Assembly: GCA_013239625.1 (NCBI GenBank)
Contig: MU053629.1
Span: forward strand, 34,676-98,675
Direction: 5' to 3'
Source: Lama guanicoe
Taxonomy: Eukaryota
DNA: 64,000 nucleotides
Shown here: in pieces, positions 12,683 to 25,603 of the stretch
How positions within the stretch are numbered: the first letter of the stretch is position 1
How the letters are laid out: the number at the start of each line of letters is the position of its first letter
Made by a program: the position numbers and the translations under genes
Notes under the pieces: model-generated
Told to the model about the DNA's origin: nothing
The model's input: only the letters and a program-made list of their open reading frames with translations
Databases searched by the model: none

Positions 12683-12890
12683 GTTCAGTGGTGGAGAATA
12701 AGGGGTCAAATTGCTTAGGTTCAAATCCCAGCTCTACAATCTATTGGGATCTCGGGCTGTCAGCCCCTCTATGACTTAGTTTCCTCATCTTCAGGAGGTT
12801 ACTGAAAGGATTAAATGTGTTAATATATGCAAAGCACACAAAACAGTGGCTGGCACAGAGTAGATGCTATACTAGTTCTTGCTATTATTA
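12683..12890 (+). mobile_element. MIR SINE
   Basis: ggttcaaatcccagctct...agtttcctcatct...ggattaaatg...aacagtggctggcacagagtag. Confidence 0.75.
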
Positions 12891-13015
12891 ATATTATTAA
12901 AGCATTACCATTATGTGATGTAAAACCCTGACCTCAACTAAAAATACCCTAAAAAAAAACCCTTAGAATTCACTCCATGCAATAATAAAAGTCAAATAAA
13001 ATGCAAGAGACATAC

Positions 13016-13310
13016 CTCAAGTAAATATGTTAGAGCGTATGGGAGAAAATTCCGCAAAGTAACAGTGGGATAAAGATGAATGATGTAAGCTGGATCCCAG
13101 TCCTCCCCATGTGTGCAAATATAGCTTAATTCATCAGGCAGAGCAACTGTATTGACTATGAGAGGTAAAAAGTTGACTTCTGTTGATGGACACTGCAGCA
13201 CACATCTGACTTCCTTGCTCCTATGAAGTTCTTCCTTCCAGGAAATGTAGGTGGTGGATTCTTTGTACTGATTCTCCAAGATACCAGCTGGCTGAATAAA
13301 CAACTGACAT
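13016..13310 (-). CDS. VPS13C: VPS13C exon (36th), 295 nt, phase 2->0
   Basis: CQLFIQPAGILENQYKESTTYISWKEE...YPTVTLRNFLPYALTYLLE; tag| and |gtatgt. Confidence 0.95.
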
Positions 13311-13793
13311 CTACAGAAGAAGAAAACAGAAGGGGGGGAAGTTTTTATTGAGAACTTAAGAAAAAGAATCTCATTAAATCTTCTTGATAACTCTACAAGT
13401 TAGGTACTATTATTCCTATTTTTATAGGTGAGAAAAACAAGGTCAAGAAAGGTTAAGAAACATAGCTAACTCATGTAGGAACCTTCTGGGAAAAAAACAC
13501 TCTGTAAAAAATGACCAAAAAAAAAAAAAGTCATTTCAAATACAAAGCAATTGAGTAAAAATGAGTCTCAAAAAATTCCAAAACATCAAATATACAACAA
13601 GAAATTTTCATTCTGGTAAACTCAGTAATAATATGAATGTATTCCTTTACGTCTTACAAATGGCTTTTTCAGATCTTCAGATAATTAAGAACATGAGATT
13701 ATTTCTTCCTAGAATATGGACCCTTAAATTACAGAATTAAAATATATATATTATGACCCTTCTATAGCTTAGTACATTCAAGGAAGTACCCAC

Positions 13794-13915
13794 CTATATG
13801 AATCTAAAGGGACGTGGAACTCCTCTTCAGGCCTGGCTACTCCAATGCGCTCCAACAGCTTGACATTCTTAACATACTTATAGATGATGAATGAAATAGA
13901 GAAATGGTTTTTAAT
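13794..13915 (-). CDS. VPS13C: VPS13C exon (35th), 122 nt, phase 0->2
   Basis: IKNHFSISFIIYKYVKNVKLLERIGVARPEEEFHVPLDSY; |gtgggt. Confidence 0.95.
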
Positions 13916-14993
13916 CTGTTGGATAAAAAGACATACAAGTTGTTTTAAAAGATGTAGAAGTTCAGAAGAAAAACGTGAGTTGCACACAATTACTTTTGAA
14001 TCTAAACATTTTCAACTCCAATAGGGGAAGATATTTTTATGGTAGCTGAAAAATGTTAAGATATTTAAGTGCTATCTATCTACCTACCTATCTAAATATA
14101 TATGAAACTTGAAACTGTTTAAGTGACAGTTGAAAATTATTAGGATATTCACATGCTTTGTATATTACATACTGAAATTTATTGTTAATTATATTATTTT
14201 TCAAATGTGTATTAATTTTTGAGGATTTCAGCCATACTACTATCTTCATTACAACCTTGATTCAGTGTACCATGTGACTAGACAGAAAAGGACAGCAAAG
14301 GAAATATGAGGTAAATAAATATAGTGCAACTCTCTTTTCTTGACTACAGTGTAATAGCAAACTATGAGACAACAATGGTCAAAGTTGGAAATCTTTTCAT
14401 TTTCATCTGATGTTACAGGTAGGAAGAAATGTTCTTTTGCTGACCATATACTGAAATCTAAAATGATGCACAGAAAAAAGAAAAATGGACAATGCCTTAA
14501 AGGTAGAAAAAAATATTTACACAGATTAACAAGCTCAAGTTTTTTTTCCCCTCCTCTGGGGAGATCATTCCAATATTCCTTCACACATACTTGAAAAATA
14601 CAATACAAAGAGATGGAGTGTTATCCTATTTGACAGCCAGCTAGTATTATAATACTCTTTAGTTCTGAATCTTTAAAGGAATAGACAAAAATTCCCATTA
14701 ATTTTAAACCTAGGAGACAACAAAATGGGAGTGTTTTATCACACTGTAAACCAAATATACTTCAATTTAAAAAACCCAAAAAAACAAAACAAAGCGTGTT
14801 TTATCAGCGACTTAAGATGAAGAATATTACAAAAGTATGTTGTAATACAGGAAAGAGCAGTCAGTTCAATCTATTATTTATTTCTGAATAATCAGCATTG
14901 ACCTAATAAAGTTTTACTATATTCCTATATTCAGCCAAATGATTTACTATTTCTTGATATACTAACAGGGCACAATTCACCTTTATGCATTAC

Positions 14994-15154
14994 CTGCAGA
15001 GGAGAACGAAGGGTAATTACTTTATTCCCTTCAGCTGCATCAATTTGTACCACGAGTGAGTCAAAATGACTGGCACTGGGATTGTATACATTATACAACC
15101 GCCGTCCAGGTCTGGCAACGGGGACTTTTGCAACTTCTGTATATCCATGTGGTG
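14994..15154 (-). CDS. VPS13C: VPS13C exon (34th), 161 nt, phase 1->0
   Basis: PHGYTEVAKVPVARPGRRLYNVYNPSASHFDSLVVQIDAAEGNKVITLRSPLQ. Confidence 0.95.
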
Positions 15155-15780
15155 CTAAGTAAGTGAGAAGCATTCCAAATATTAACTTACTTATATTTTT
15201 ATAAGATACAATCACCAGCAGTACCTCAAAATACCAGAGTATTCTGCCTCATGACTAGAAATGACGACCACACAAAACGTTTTTCTAAGACACAGGAACT
15301 AACAAAGAAAAGAAACTATTATTGTAAAGTTTTTTAACCAAGACAATTTCTCTTGGGGTTTTAAATGTATTAAAACAAACAAAATCCACCTTGTTCCTCA
15401 TCTTCTCAACTATATAGCAAAAAAAAAAAAAAGCCCTTTTCTGAGATGGTGATAATTACTGCCAACATTTTAGGACTTGTAAATACAGTTATTTTCTCTT
15501 CTCTTTGAGCTCCCATCCTTTCTGAAGCATACTAAATACTGTACTATTTAAGTACAAAGAAATAATCTGGTTTTCTAAAGTAATTCTTAAATTAATCAAG
15601 TTAAATTTTCTCAAGTTTAGAGGAAGAAAACAGGCGACAAAAGTTTATCAACTATTTCTTTCAAGCCTTTAGAAATGTTGTCTCTCAAGGTATCTGGAGG
15701 AAAATATTTTTCCACACTTTTATCAGAAATAAGCCGACACCAGCAATTCCAAAGGTGCCTTTAAAAATAAAGCAGCATAC

Positions 15781-16045
15781 CAAAGGTCAGAGTGAAGAGG
15801 GAGCTTTCTTGACGGCTCAGTATGGACAGTTTCCCTTGATGTGAAGGTTCCATGCTGGCATACTCCAGTTCCAAACTCTGACCAGCATCAAGATCACAAA
15901 CACCACTTTTCTCAGGGGAGCCCATCACTCTGAGATTATGATGGGGCTGTACCTTAATGGGAACACCTACAGAATTTGTTACTGTAAAAGGCGCCCTGTC
16001 TTTTAAAGAGTAGTCAAAAGTAGAAGCAGCGCCCTGTGAAAAACC
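15781..16045 (-). CDS. VPS13C: VPS13C exon (33rd), 265 nt, phase 0->1
   Basis: GFSQGAASTFDYSLKDRAPFTVTNSVGVPIKV...LSRQESSLFTLTF; |gtatgc. Confidence 0.95.
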
Positions 16046-16218
16046 CTGAAAAGGAACACAACATCACAATAACATTTTTGCAGAGCTCAAATTTTTTTCA
16101 AAAATTACACTGTGACTACACATTATTTAGAAACTAATTTTCAGGACAAACAAAAAAAAATCCACACATCTCAATTCAAAATTCTGTTTGAAATACTGAA
16201 AGAAAGAAGCAAACATAC

Positions 16219-16374
16219 CTTTGCTAAATTGTTGAAAACAGTAAGAGAACTTTTGGATACTGTTATATTCATTGTGTCTCCTGAAGAAATACCAACTTCT
16301 GTTTGTGGCTCAGGAATTACAATAAAATCATCTCCTGGCATCAAACTTTTATCCTGGACTGGATTGTTCTTTAC
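16219..16374 (-). CDS. VPS13C: VPS13C exon (32nd), 156 nt, phase 0->0
   Basis: VKNNPVQDKSLMPGDDFIVIPEPQTEVGISSGDTMNITVSKSSLTVFNNLAK. Confidence 0.95.
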
Positions 16375-17169
16375 CTACGGGGATAAACACAAAATAAATG
16401 TAACTTATTGGCCAATTAACAATAAAATTAAAATACTCTCAGTAGAGTTAAATGTTCTTAACCTAGTCATTTTATATTAAGACTCCTCAAAAGTCTCATT
16501 TTCAAAAATATGCAGTGCTTCACCTTAAATTAGTACAGATCAGCATTCTTTCTTTTGGTGTGTAATCAACACTAGGGAAATGTTCAGAACTGTGCCATGA
16601 AACCACTCCAAGTGAGCTAACACATTTATCTCCTGGGCGCTCCCCAGAGAAAGCTACTTTCCCAGTGTCACTTGACTCACGGTCATCATGTGTTGATGAG
16701 CACGCTAAGATGACCCTGAAGTCTACACTGATCCTCGCTGGAAATAACATCTGCAATTCCTTTTACTTTTACCAGTAACACCGATAAATAAGTAATACAA
16801 GCTTTCAGCCAGCCATCAGATTCCATCCTAGCTTTTGTTCTAATAGCATTTCAAAAGCCTTATAAAATATTCTTTATTAGCCTGCCTGTTCCACAGAGAG
16901 GTAGGTCAGAAGTATCACCCCCACTTTACTGAGAGGAAATTGGGACACAGGTTAAATGACTGCTCATCTTTAATATAAGAATCTGCTGAGTCAGCTTCAG
17001 TGTCTCTCTCACACCTGAGTCAGGCTGCCCTAGACAGGTGTGCTGTTACAACTTGTAAAGGGTATAATACTTATGTTCCTGTTAATCTAGAGAGACGTGC
17101 TTTGGTTTCTAGGATTCTGCAGTACCATAAGGAGATAGCACAGAGGATTCAATTCAAAAATTCTTGAAT

Positions 17170-17592
17170 TTTTTGATGTCTCAAAATGATTGAGTATTCC
17201 AAAGAGCTTCATTTACGTGGGTTATATCTATCAGTATGTATCTATGAGAAACTAAACTGAGAACATTTTAAATATTCACTTAAAAACAGTAATTACATGT
17301 TAAAACAATATTTTGAAGAGAAGTAAGTGTTAAAAATACACAGTGAGGAGAGGAGCATTTACAAATCTCTTCAGTGGCTGCCTTCAGAGAAGAGAGGGGC
17401 ACTCTCATTGCTGCTTCTGTATTCATTCCACTGCAAAATGACAAAGTCTCTGGAAAACGCCTTCGTATGCTTATGAGAGAATGAGAATGAAAATGATAGA
17501 TAACGTCTGAATATTATCCTGAAAATAATTTTGATCCCATGATCCTCTGAAAGGGCCTCAAAGATCCTGGACCACATCCTGAGAATCTCTGA
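17170..17592. mobile_element. Probable hAT-Charlie DNA transposon relic
   Basis: ccaaagagcttcatttacgtgggttatatctatca and terminal ggaccacatcctgagaatctctg resemble Charlie-type elements. Subfamily not assigned. Confidence 0.5.
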
Positions 17593-17661
17593 ACTAAAGA
17601 AAATATATAAATGAATGTGCTTAATGTCAGCCTACATAATAATATTTTATGATTTCCTTAC

Positions 17662-17748
17662 AGCAAGCTTTAAATTCCATGGTCTTTTCCCCTCCACTCT
17701 TTCGATCAGTGGCTCCCAGACAGCATGGGTCTCATTGTAATAATGAAC
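17662..17748 (-). CDS. VPS13C: VPS13C exon (31st), 87 nt, phase 0->0
   Basis: VHYYNETHAVWEPLIERVEGKRPWNLKLA (conserved VPS13 YYN...WEPLIE motif). Confidence 0.95.
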
Positions 17749-18118
17749 CTGGAAAGGCACAGAGTTATAATAAGAGAGTCTTTCAAATTTAATTACATAT
17801 TTCTACATGGAAAATATTAAGCAGTTGTTGCATGTCAATAACAATTTAACAGCACACTTTTGACACAAAGAATATATGTAAAGAGGGTGCATATTCTTTT
17901 ACTCTCTTACTTTACTGCCATAAACAAATTATTTAGCAAAAGAACCTTAAAAAATGACCAAATAAATAATACTACATAACAACAAATTCTGTTAGAATGT
18001 ACTATCTATTCTTATATATACTTGCTATGTTCATACAACCAAAAAAAGCTCACTTCTCAATTTTTCAATTGTACTTTTGAGAAGGAGCCGCTGCAAGTAC
18101 TAAATGATGTGGTCATAC

Positions 18119-18482
18119 CTCTAGTGTCATGTCAGCAGCAGCAGCCATCAGGGAAGTCCAATTCTTAATAGTTCCTGAAAACTTAGACTCCGCCAATAAT
18201 AAAGGTACAGTTCGATGCCCAAGGCCACATTCTAAGGTAACTTGAACTGACTTCACAACAACAGCACAATTTTCCTCTATCGATGGAGTTTCAATGTCTC
18301 TGAAATTCTCTGTTATTTCTGTTGCCATGTCAACACCAAGAAACCAAGAGTTATAATCACTAATGGATTTGATGCCCCAGAGATTTTGTTTCCTTAGACA
18401 CATCTTTGGATTCATCTTCTTTTGCCTTTGGAGACATAGCAGCCATTATTGTCATCACAGTATTAAGAATTATGGGTGAAAT
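18119..18482 (-). CDS. VPS13C: VPS13C exon (30th), 364 nt, frameshifted (phase 0->0 requires 3n)
   Basis: ISPIILNTVMTIMAAMSPKAKEDESKDVSKET, then a frame change to NLWGIKSISDYNSWFLGVD...ADMTLE. Confidence 0.9.
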
Positions 18483-18852
18483 CTTCAAAAAAGAAAGCAG
18501 GAAAATTTTTAGAATTCTTTCCCAGATGAGAAGAATTAATACATACTACAAAAATTTTTAAGTAACTAATTAAAATTTTAATTACATTAAATTCATAACT
18601 AAGGAAAACAAAAGAGAAGAACACACAAAATCATGTGTCAAGTCAACTAACCTCATAACAGTGACCTCTGCCCAGGTTATCTAGAATTAAGTAACTAATG
18701 TGTCAACTGTCAAAATCTAAAGTTAATCAATTCAGAGTAAAACAGTGTTACGTGAATAGAAGAATGTAGAAGTGTAATTGAATTTTACATTTTTCACCCA
18801 GCTACATTATCTAAACTAAGTGTGTGATCCTCATCAAGATAACACACACGGT

Positions 18853-19155
18853 ATATATATATGTATGTATGACTAAAACATTATGCTGTACACCAGAAAC
18901 TGATACAAGATTGTAAACTGACTACACTTTAATAAAAACAAAAAGTAAAAAAATAAAATAGATAAAAAGCGAAGTCCTACTACATACAGCACAGGGAATT
19001 ATATTCAATACCTTGTAATAGCCTATAATGAAAAAGAATATGAAGAGAATATATACGTATGTATAACTGAACCACTCTGCTGTACACCAGAAATTAACAC
19101 AACATTGCAAACAAACAATACTTCAATAAAAAATTTATAAAAAATGTAAAAAAAG
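18853..19155 (+). mobile_element. Two tandem L1 3'-end fragments
   Basis: Two copies of the gctgtacaccagaaa...tt(c/t)aataaaaa terminus, ending at ~18945 and ~19150. Confidence 0.8.
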
Positions 19156-19179
19156 ATATACAAACATGGTTTTCATTTT

Positions 19180-20120
19180 TCTCACTGAAACAGGAAACCT
19201 GAGAATCACCACGGACCCCCTTTCACCCTGACTTGCAAATTCTACCTCCTATTATCTCTGGATCCTATCTTTGCTCACTTCTTCATTCCAATCATCGTGC
19301 CTTAGTTCTACAGCAGTAAAGATTTCTTCTATGTCTGGTCAACACTGTATCAGCCCACCCTCCACATGATTTTCTAAAATTCAAATCTGAGCGTGTCATT
19401 CCTATGCTTAAAATCCTCAACAACTTCCCATACCTTCAGGATAAGATTCAAACTCTATTCAGCTTAGGACTCAAAACTTTTTGTGACCTGATGTCCAATC
19501 AGTTAGTTACCCATGGTTTTCCAAAGTTTGAGCAATACTGGGTTAAATAAGTTAAGTGGATTCCTTTATTGTTCACTTCTCACAACCCTTCCTCGTTTAG
19601 TATGCTAAAACGACACGATTACATCACCAAAAGAAGGATCCAGCATGCACTGCTTCCCAAACTTAACTGAATCCTTTTTCTCCTTGCCTTATTAATGTCA
19701 CCTATAATTAGTGTTCTGAATCCTACAACTCCACCACGCCATTCTCTCCAGCCATAAGGGATCACCCTCTCAAGTTCTTAAAGGATTTTTCAAACCTTTG
19801 CCTTTGGGCATGTTGTCAGTTCTGCTTGGATAACCCTTCCCCTCTTTCTCCATTTAACCTCCCTCAGATTTTCAAAACTCAGTTCAAGAAGCCCCACTTC
19901 CTTACAGCTTTCTCTGATGTCCTAGTCTGAGCAGGAGGCTCCTGCCTGTGCTCCCAGCAGCGCCTTGTGCATGCCTCTAGCACTGAAAGCTGTAATCAGT
20001 TGACACATTTCTATCTCTCACATATGTCATTAAGTTTTTTGAATGCAGGGAACATGTATCCCTAATGTACAGGACATTTTTTACACACAGCAAAAGCTCA
20101 GAAAATGTTTGTTGAATGAC
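19180..20120 (+). mobile_element. Degenerate L2 3' region (fragmented)
   Basis: tttctaaaattcaaatctgagcgtgtcattcctatgcttaaaatcctcaa and terminal aaatgtttgttgaatgactaa. Confidence 0.6.
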
Positions 20121-20821
20121 TAAAGTGACATATAACGAAACAGAACAATCTCAGCACCTTAACCCATGTCTCAGATAAAGTGCATACAAATTCAAGTTCT
20201 TCCCCCCATTTACCACTTTAAGTCTTTAGAAAAGCAAATCTGTTAAAATGCAATCTAAGACTATCTACTATTTAAAATATTGAGAGAAACCTAAGCTGTT
20301 ATTTACATGGTAATTCAAATGACATTATTTCGAGCCTTCATTTCATCACTACTGGTTATTCACCTATATAATAAAGCTGTTATCAGAATTGCTTTCAATC
20401 ACCTCAATTTTGTGCCCTTTGGACAGAGAGAGAAATAGACTTTGGAAAGTATTCTGTATCTGTATTGGCCATGAGATCATATTTAAAAACTATGAATGCC
20501 ACTGAAGAACTGACTGTTTTTTTCAATACTTCAAATGTAACAGATAAAAAAATCCTAATAATTTATTTCTAGCATATATCTATTATTATAAATATTTTAT
20601 AAACCAAGTAAAACATTTAATCACATAATTATTAATTCAACCAAATCTTATCTCAAATAAAAACCTAAAAATACATTATTGCAAATAAAATAACAGCAAC
20701 CTTATTTTCCCATCCTTCCTTCCCATTTCATGTCTGCTCTCCCCTCCAAACCCAAACTCCAACACACATGCAAATATAATAGATAAAAGCTATCCTGATC
20801 ATTTGTGTACATTTAAAAGTA

Positions 20822-21044
20822 CAGATCACCTTGAACAACATGGGTTTGAACTGCAGGGATCCACTCATGTATGGATTTCTTCCAATAGTAAATACAATGG
20901 TACTACAAGATCTGCAGTTGTTTGGATCCACAAATGCAGATCCTCAGATACGGAGAAATGCAGACACTGAGGAACCGAGTATTCTGAGGGCTCACTACAA
21001 AGTTAAACGCACTCCTAATCCCCACATCGTTCAAGGGTCAACTG
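20822..21044 (+). mobile_element. Tigger2-like (TcMar) non-autonomous DNA transposon
   Basis: TIR-like ends cagatcaccttgaacaaca...gttcaagggtcaactg; a related copy lies at ~48311-48556. Confidence 0.8.
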
Positions 21045-21216
21045 CACTCTTTCAAAGAAAACAGAAACAAACATTTGCATTAATGAGAATGTTTCTTAAT
21101 GTTAGAGGTATTTATTCATTACTAAATATGTGAGTAGCATAATGCTATAGATATGACAGACATCAAAAGATAGGAAAAATAATAATTTTCACCCAAATAA
21201 TACGATAGGCACTAAC

Positions 21217-21309
21217 CTTAATTATAACTTCTTCAACATTAATATCTATATTTTCTTTTCCTGAAGTCCATGCACATTTTTTCATAAATAAAGAACAGGG
21301 CTGTAAGAT
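21217..21309 (-). CDS. VPS13C: VPS13C exon (29th), 93 nt, phase 0->0
   Basis: ILQPCSLFMKKCAWTSGKENIDINVEEVIIK; |gttagt. Confidence 0.93.
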
Positions 21310-22647
21310 CTAGAAACAAATAAAATTTACTTATGAACATGTCTTACTTAATTTGAGATCTTTAACTATAACCTATTACTAAAATCAAAAAGGCAAATTA
21401 AATTATAAGAGACTCTCTTGTGAGGGCTCCTTCAAACTCTAAGTCTATGACCACTGTTAAAGGACTTTAAGCAGTTCTGATCAATTCCTCTAGGCCAAGT
21501 TCTTAAGTAATGATGCACATTTACTATTAGAAGCTTAAAATGTTTCCTTTTGCTAAATAAAATTACTTTTAAATGATGCCCTGTGTAAAATACACCTTTA
21601 AGATATCTATAAAAGATATGAGCTAAAGACTATGGTAAGATCTTACACTTACAAAAAGGTAAATGAGGAAATGGAACTGGCATTTCATTATAATTTTTAT
21701 GATCACTAAATCACTCGAAACTGTTAAACAAATAGTTCTGTTAACACCTTTTAAAAATAGACTATATAGTAAAGTAGGTAAATGAATAGTTTCCAGATGA
21801 TTAACAACATGTCAGTCTTCAATTTCCTCAAAGGTCCTTATCAGAATAAATTTCAAATCTTCAAATTTGATTTATTAAAACCATAAAGCCTATATACTTA
21901 AATATCATCAAAGAAATAAATAAAGTAACCTCGCTCTTGAATGCGGGTATTAGTACTGCACAACTTTCAGTTTTAAAAAAATTAGGATGTGCTTTAAATA
22001 GAATGATTAGCATAAGCTTTCTGCTGACATGTCAAAAGAAGATGATCCCAATAAACAATGTTTCATGATAAAGTATAAACTAAGCTTAGCACTGCATTTC
22101 CTTATGCAAGTCACTCTGTCCACAAATTTCTTTTTATTTAAAATAACACTGCAAAAGAGTCACATTAAATAATGATGCTCTTAAACATAAAATTACCAAT
22201 TTAACATTAAAAATCGGTATGGTAATTAAAATCATATTTTTCAACAATAATGTGAAAGTATAATTGAAGTTAACTTGTAATATAGCAAAACAATCTCTTT
22301 CGGTCACATGACTCCAAATGAATTTTTTTGTTCATTCATTCATTCATTGGATGTACTGTGGGGAGCAAAAGCAACAGCTGAAGAGGAATGTGGTATTGTA
22401 CTAAAATTCAAATAGTGTTCGGCGAAAGATGGTATAATGAGAATGAGTTTGGAGGTAGTACACAGTTTTGTCACTAGCAGACATGGCTAAATCAGTTAAC
22501 ATCTTTGCAATTCAACATCCTTTTCCATAAAATCTCAAGCTGGAGTAAATACTCTGAAGTCCTACAGAGCTCTCACATTCTCGATTCTATGAATCAACCA
22601 TTTCTGCCATCCTTCAATCCAAGCTCAGGATATAAGGTAATTCTTAC

Positions 22648-22877
22648 TGTGGTAATGTTCTTTCCTCTCTTTTCTCTGAGAAAAGGGCAAGCAAGTACTT
22701 TAAGGTCTCTCACAGAGGCTTCCATCTTCTGTTCGAGTTGGGATGCTGACAGAGAGAGGTTACACTGGAAGGAGGCTGTCAGAGCAGGAGCGTCAGCCTT
22801 TGTCAGACTGGCAACAAATACCACTTCTGGATCTGTGATCTTGGCCTTTAAAGTCATATTTGGTCTTACAGAGTCAT
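22648..22877 (-). CDS. VPS13C: VPS13C exon (28th), 230 nt, phase 1->0
   Basis: DSVRPNMTLKAKITDPEVVFVASLTKADAPALTASFQC...REKRGKNITT. Confidence 0.95.
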
Positions 22878-24036
22878 CTGAAGAAACAAATATAGGGACC
22901 ATAAACGTTCTAGTAAAGTAAACCCTGTCACTTGTGTACATGTTATCTATAATTTGCTAAGTTGCATCTAATATCCTATTATGGATACAGTAAAATTAAC
23001 AATATTAATAACTGACTGGTTAATATGAATGATAACTGGTTATTAACAAATGCTGGTTATGTGCAATCTGATCCCTGTTGTAAGAGGATCATTCCCACTT
23101 TGACCTAACAAAAATAATCTTGTTTTGAAGTTCTTTTTGTCAGAATCAATGTGCATGTATATATATATCTGAATATTACATCACGTTGCAGGAGCAAGGA
23201 AGGGGAAATGAGAGGGGAATATCAGGAGGAGGGTAGGAGATCCTGATAAACTAGACAGACCAATATTGTTTGTTTATTTTGATTTCATCCTGAAGTATAT
23301 ACTCCGTGTTGTACAATCTATAGTATAAATACATTAAATGTATATATGAATACAGAGATATCACATGATCACAGTTTAAGAAAGGTAAAAGGAAAAAATA
23401 AAATTCTGACCTTCCCAGTAAACAGCAGTTTTCCAATCTTGCTGAGTTGCACATTAGAGAGAAAAATGCCTGACCTTAGACAATTATAATTTAACAGAGA
23501 AAATCATTGGTCTATTCGGCAATACTGGAATAAATGGTTTACGGGTCAAGGAGTGGCATCAGCATACATGGAGACCAGACATCTGCAACCCCTCTCCTGA
23601 CTTGGAAGAGTCTGAGGTGATGTCCAGGGCTGTCACGTTGGGTCCTCCAATACCCTCGCCTTCTGCTTTTATCTGTTTAATTGCTCTTCAATATGCTATA
23701 ATTCTTCCAAGTATTTTCTTTGAATAAGACTCCCTTTCTATAAAACAGGCTGCCAACCACAGGCTCAGATTATTAACTCCCTCTATTTCTGGATGAGTAA
23801 AGAAATGTTAGTGGCAGAGCTGGAACCAGAGCAGAGGTTTCTTGGCCCTGATTCAATATATATACTCCACCTCTCTCTTAAAAATCTATCCTTACTAAAG
23901 TTATTCTACTGAATACATTTAAATTCAAAAGAGTAACTTTATATTCTTAAATTATCTAATTCTTTTTTTTTCCTGTGTGTAATTTCTGTTAAAATACATG
24001 ACAAGTTGTCATCTACAACAGATAAATTCTGCTAAC

Positions 24037-24281
24037 CTTTCTCCATCTTGATTTTTGGCATGACAGTCTGTCGTACTGGAATCTGTGATTCTTTGGCCAG
24101 ATTTTCTGGACTCTGAGGTACAGCTTTGATAAAGAAATCTGCCACAGTCATCAGAAACTCCACACTGGCACAGACATACAGCTTGTCAAGAACAGCATCA
24201 ATATGACTTCCATTTTTCCCTTGTTTGTAATTTATGTCAATCATAGAGCTGTTATCTTGGCCATTCTTCTTATCAATCATT
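24037..24281 (-). CDS. VPS13C: VPS13C exon (27th), 245 nt, phase 2->1
   Basis: MIDKKNGQDNSSMIDINYKQ...LYVCASVEFLMTVADFFIKAVPQSPE...KIKMEK. Confidence 0.95.
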
Positions 24282-24686
24282 CTAAAAAAAAATAAATATA
24301 CATCCATTATGTTATTCCTGCTAAAACAATTAAAAAGATGAAAAATTTCCTATACATCTTAATAATTCTTCTTTCACCTTTCAGCTTCCAATCTGAACAG
24401 AAAACAGATCAGTATTAAGTGGAGTATTAGCTTAATACTCCAGTATTAGTTTAATAGCTAATCAGCAACCAAAATATGGTCTCATAATCTCCACAGCAAA
24501 GTTCATGTTAATAAGCAATTACAGAATATTTCATATAGAGAAACAAATCAATGACTGCTGAAAGGAAGTTTGGCAATTAGCAAAATGAGCCCCCAAAAAT
24601 TTAAAAGACAATCTCTTTACATTATTTTACAAAATAAAACATCCCTGAAGGAATTTATCTCCAAAGATCATCCTATACAATTGAGT

Positions 24687-24730
24687 GCAAAAGTATTCAA
24701 TGTAATTCGCAAAAGTATTCAATGTAATTC
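24687..24730 (+). repeat. Perfect 22-bp tandem duplication GCAAAAGTATTCAATGTAATTC x2
   Basis: Identical units at 24687-24708 and 24709-24730. Confidence 0.95.
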
Positions 24731-25603
24731 GAGTCCACACATCCTCGTGTGTGCTGCAAAGAGCCTGCTACCAACAGAAGGATGGCCTTTATCACCCTTG
24801 CCTAGATAGCGGTGAAGGCTACCCCAGGACATGCAATTTGCAAAAGAGAAAAGCTGGTTGCATGAAAGCACTCTGTCCTCATTTACTCACTTCTTAGAAA
24901 AACAAAGGGCTCAGAAATACCCAGCATACATTCAATGGAATCCAACTTTAGGTAACAACATACTTTTTCTCCAAAAAACATCAAGGACAAAAATATTATG
25001 CATCTCATTATGTGAGAAAGGAATAAAAATATAATTAGGCTATTGAAGTTGCATATTTCTCTATTTCTCACTTGATAGTAAGGTGATATAAATTAATCTT
25101 TCAAAAATGGGTTGATAACATGAAAATTAGGGATTCCATTTCTACTGAAAGTTTTAAAAAAATTTCACAGAATTGTTTTAAAATATATAGACAAAATAAA
25201 TAAGACAAAGAAAAATATTTAACTTTAAGGGTTTTTGAAAAAAGATTCTGCTTACTGGGAACAATTTAGAAAAATATATTACCAATGAACCATACCATGC
25301 GGATTTAATTATTAAAATTCTTGTATTTTCTTAGTTTCCACTTTTAAGACAGGATTTTATTACTAAACTTCCCTTTAATTCAAACTTTAAAGCAACAGAA
25401 TGTGAAACAGCAATACTTCATGATGCACTTCAAACTGAAATATGACCAAAGACCTCTTCTGATAACCCCAAGGAACAGGATCCCAGAAAGGATGATCATG
25501 AGACCCCTTCAGACAATCTCAAGCCCAGCGATCAATGCCTGGCAGCCATGCCAGGTGCAACGCCAGCCTTACATAATGTACAGCAAGTTCAGAGATGACA
25601 AAC

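Noticed and set aside
16112..22921. Plus-strand ORFs of 122 aa (16112-16480) and 138 aa (22505-22921)
   Set aside because: They are antisense shadows of VPS13C exons with no independent coding features.
24420..24442. 10-bp inverted repeat TGGAGTATTA-gct-TAATACTCCA
   Set aside because: Short hairpins like this are expected by chance in 64 kb of AT-rich intron, and nothing else supports a function.
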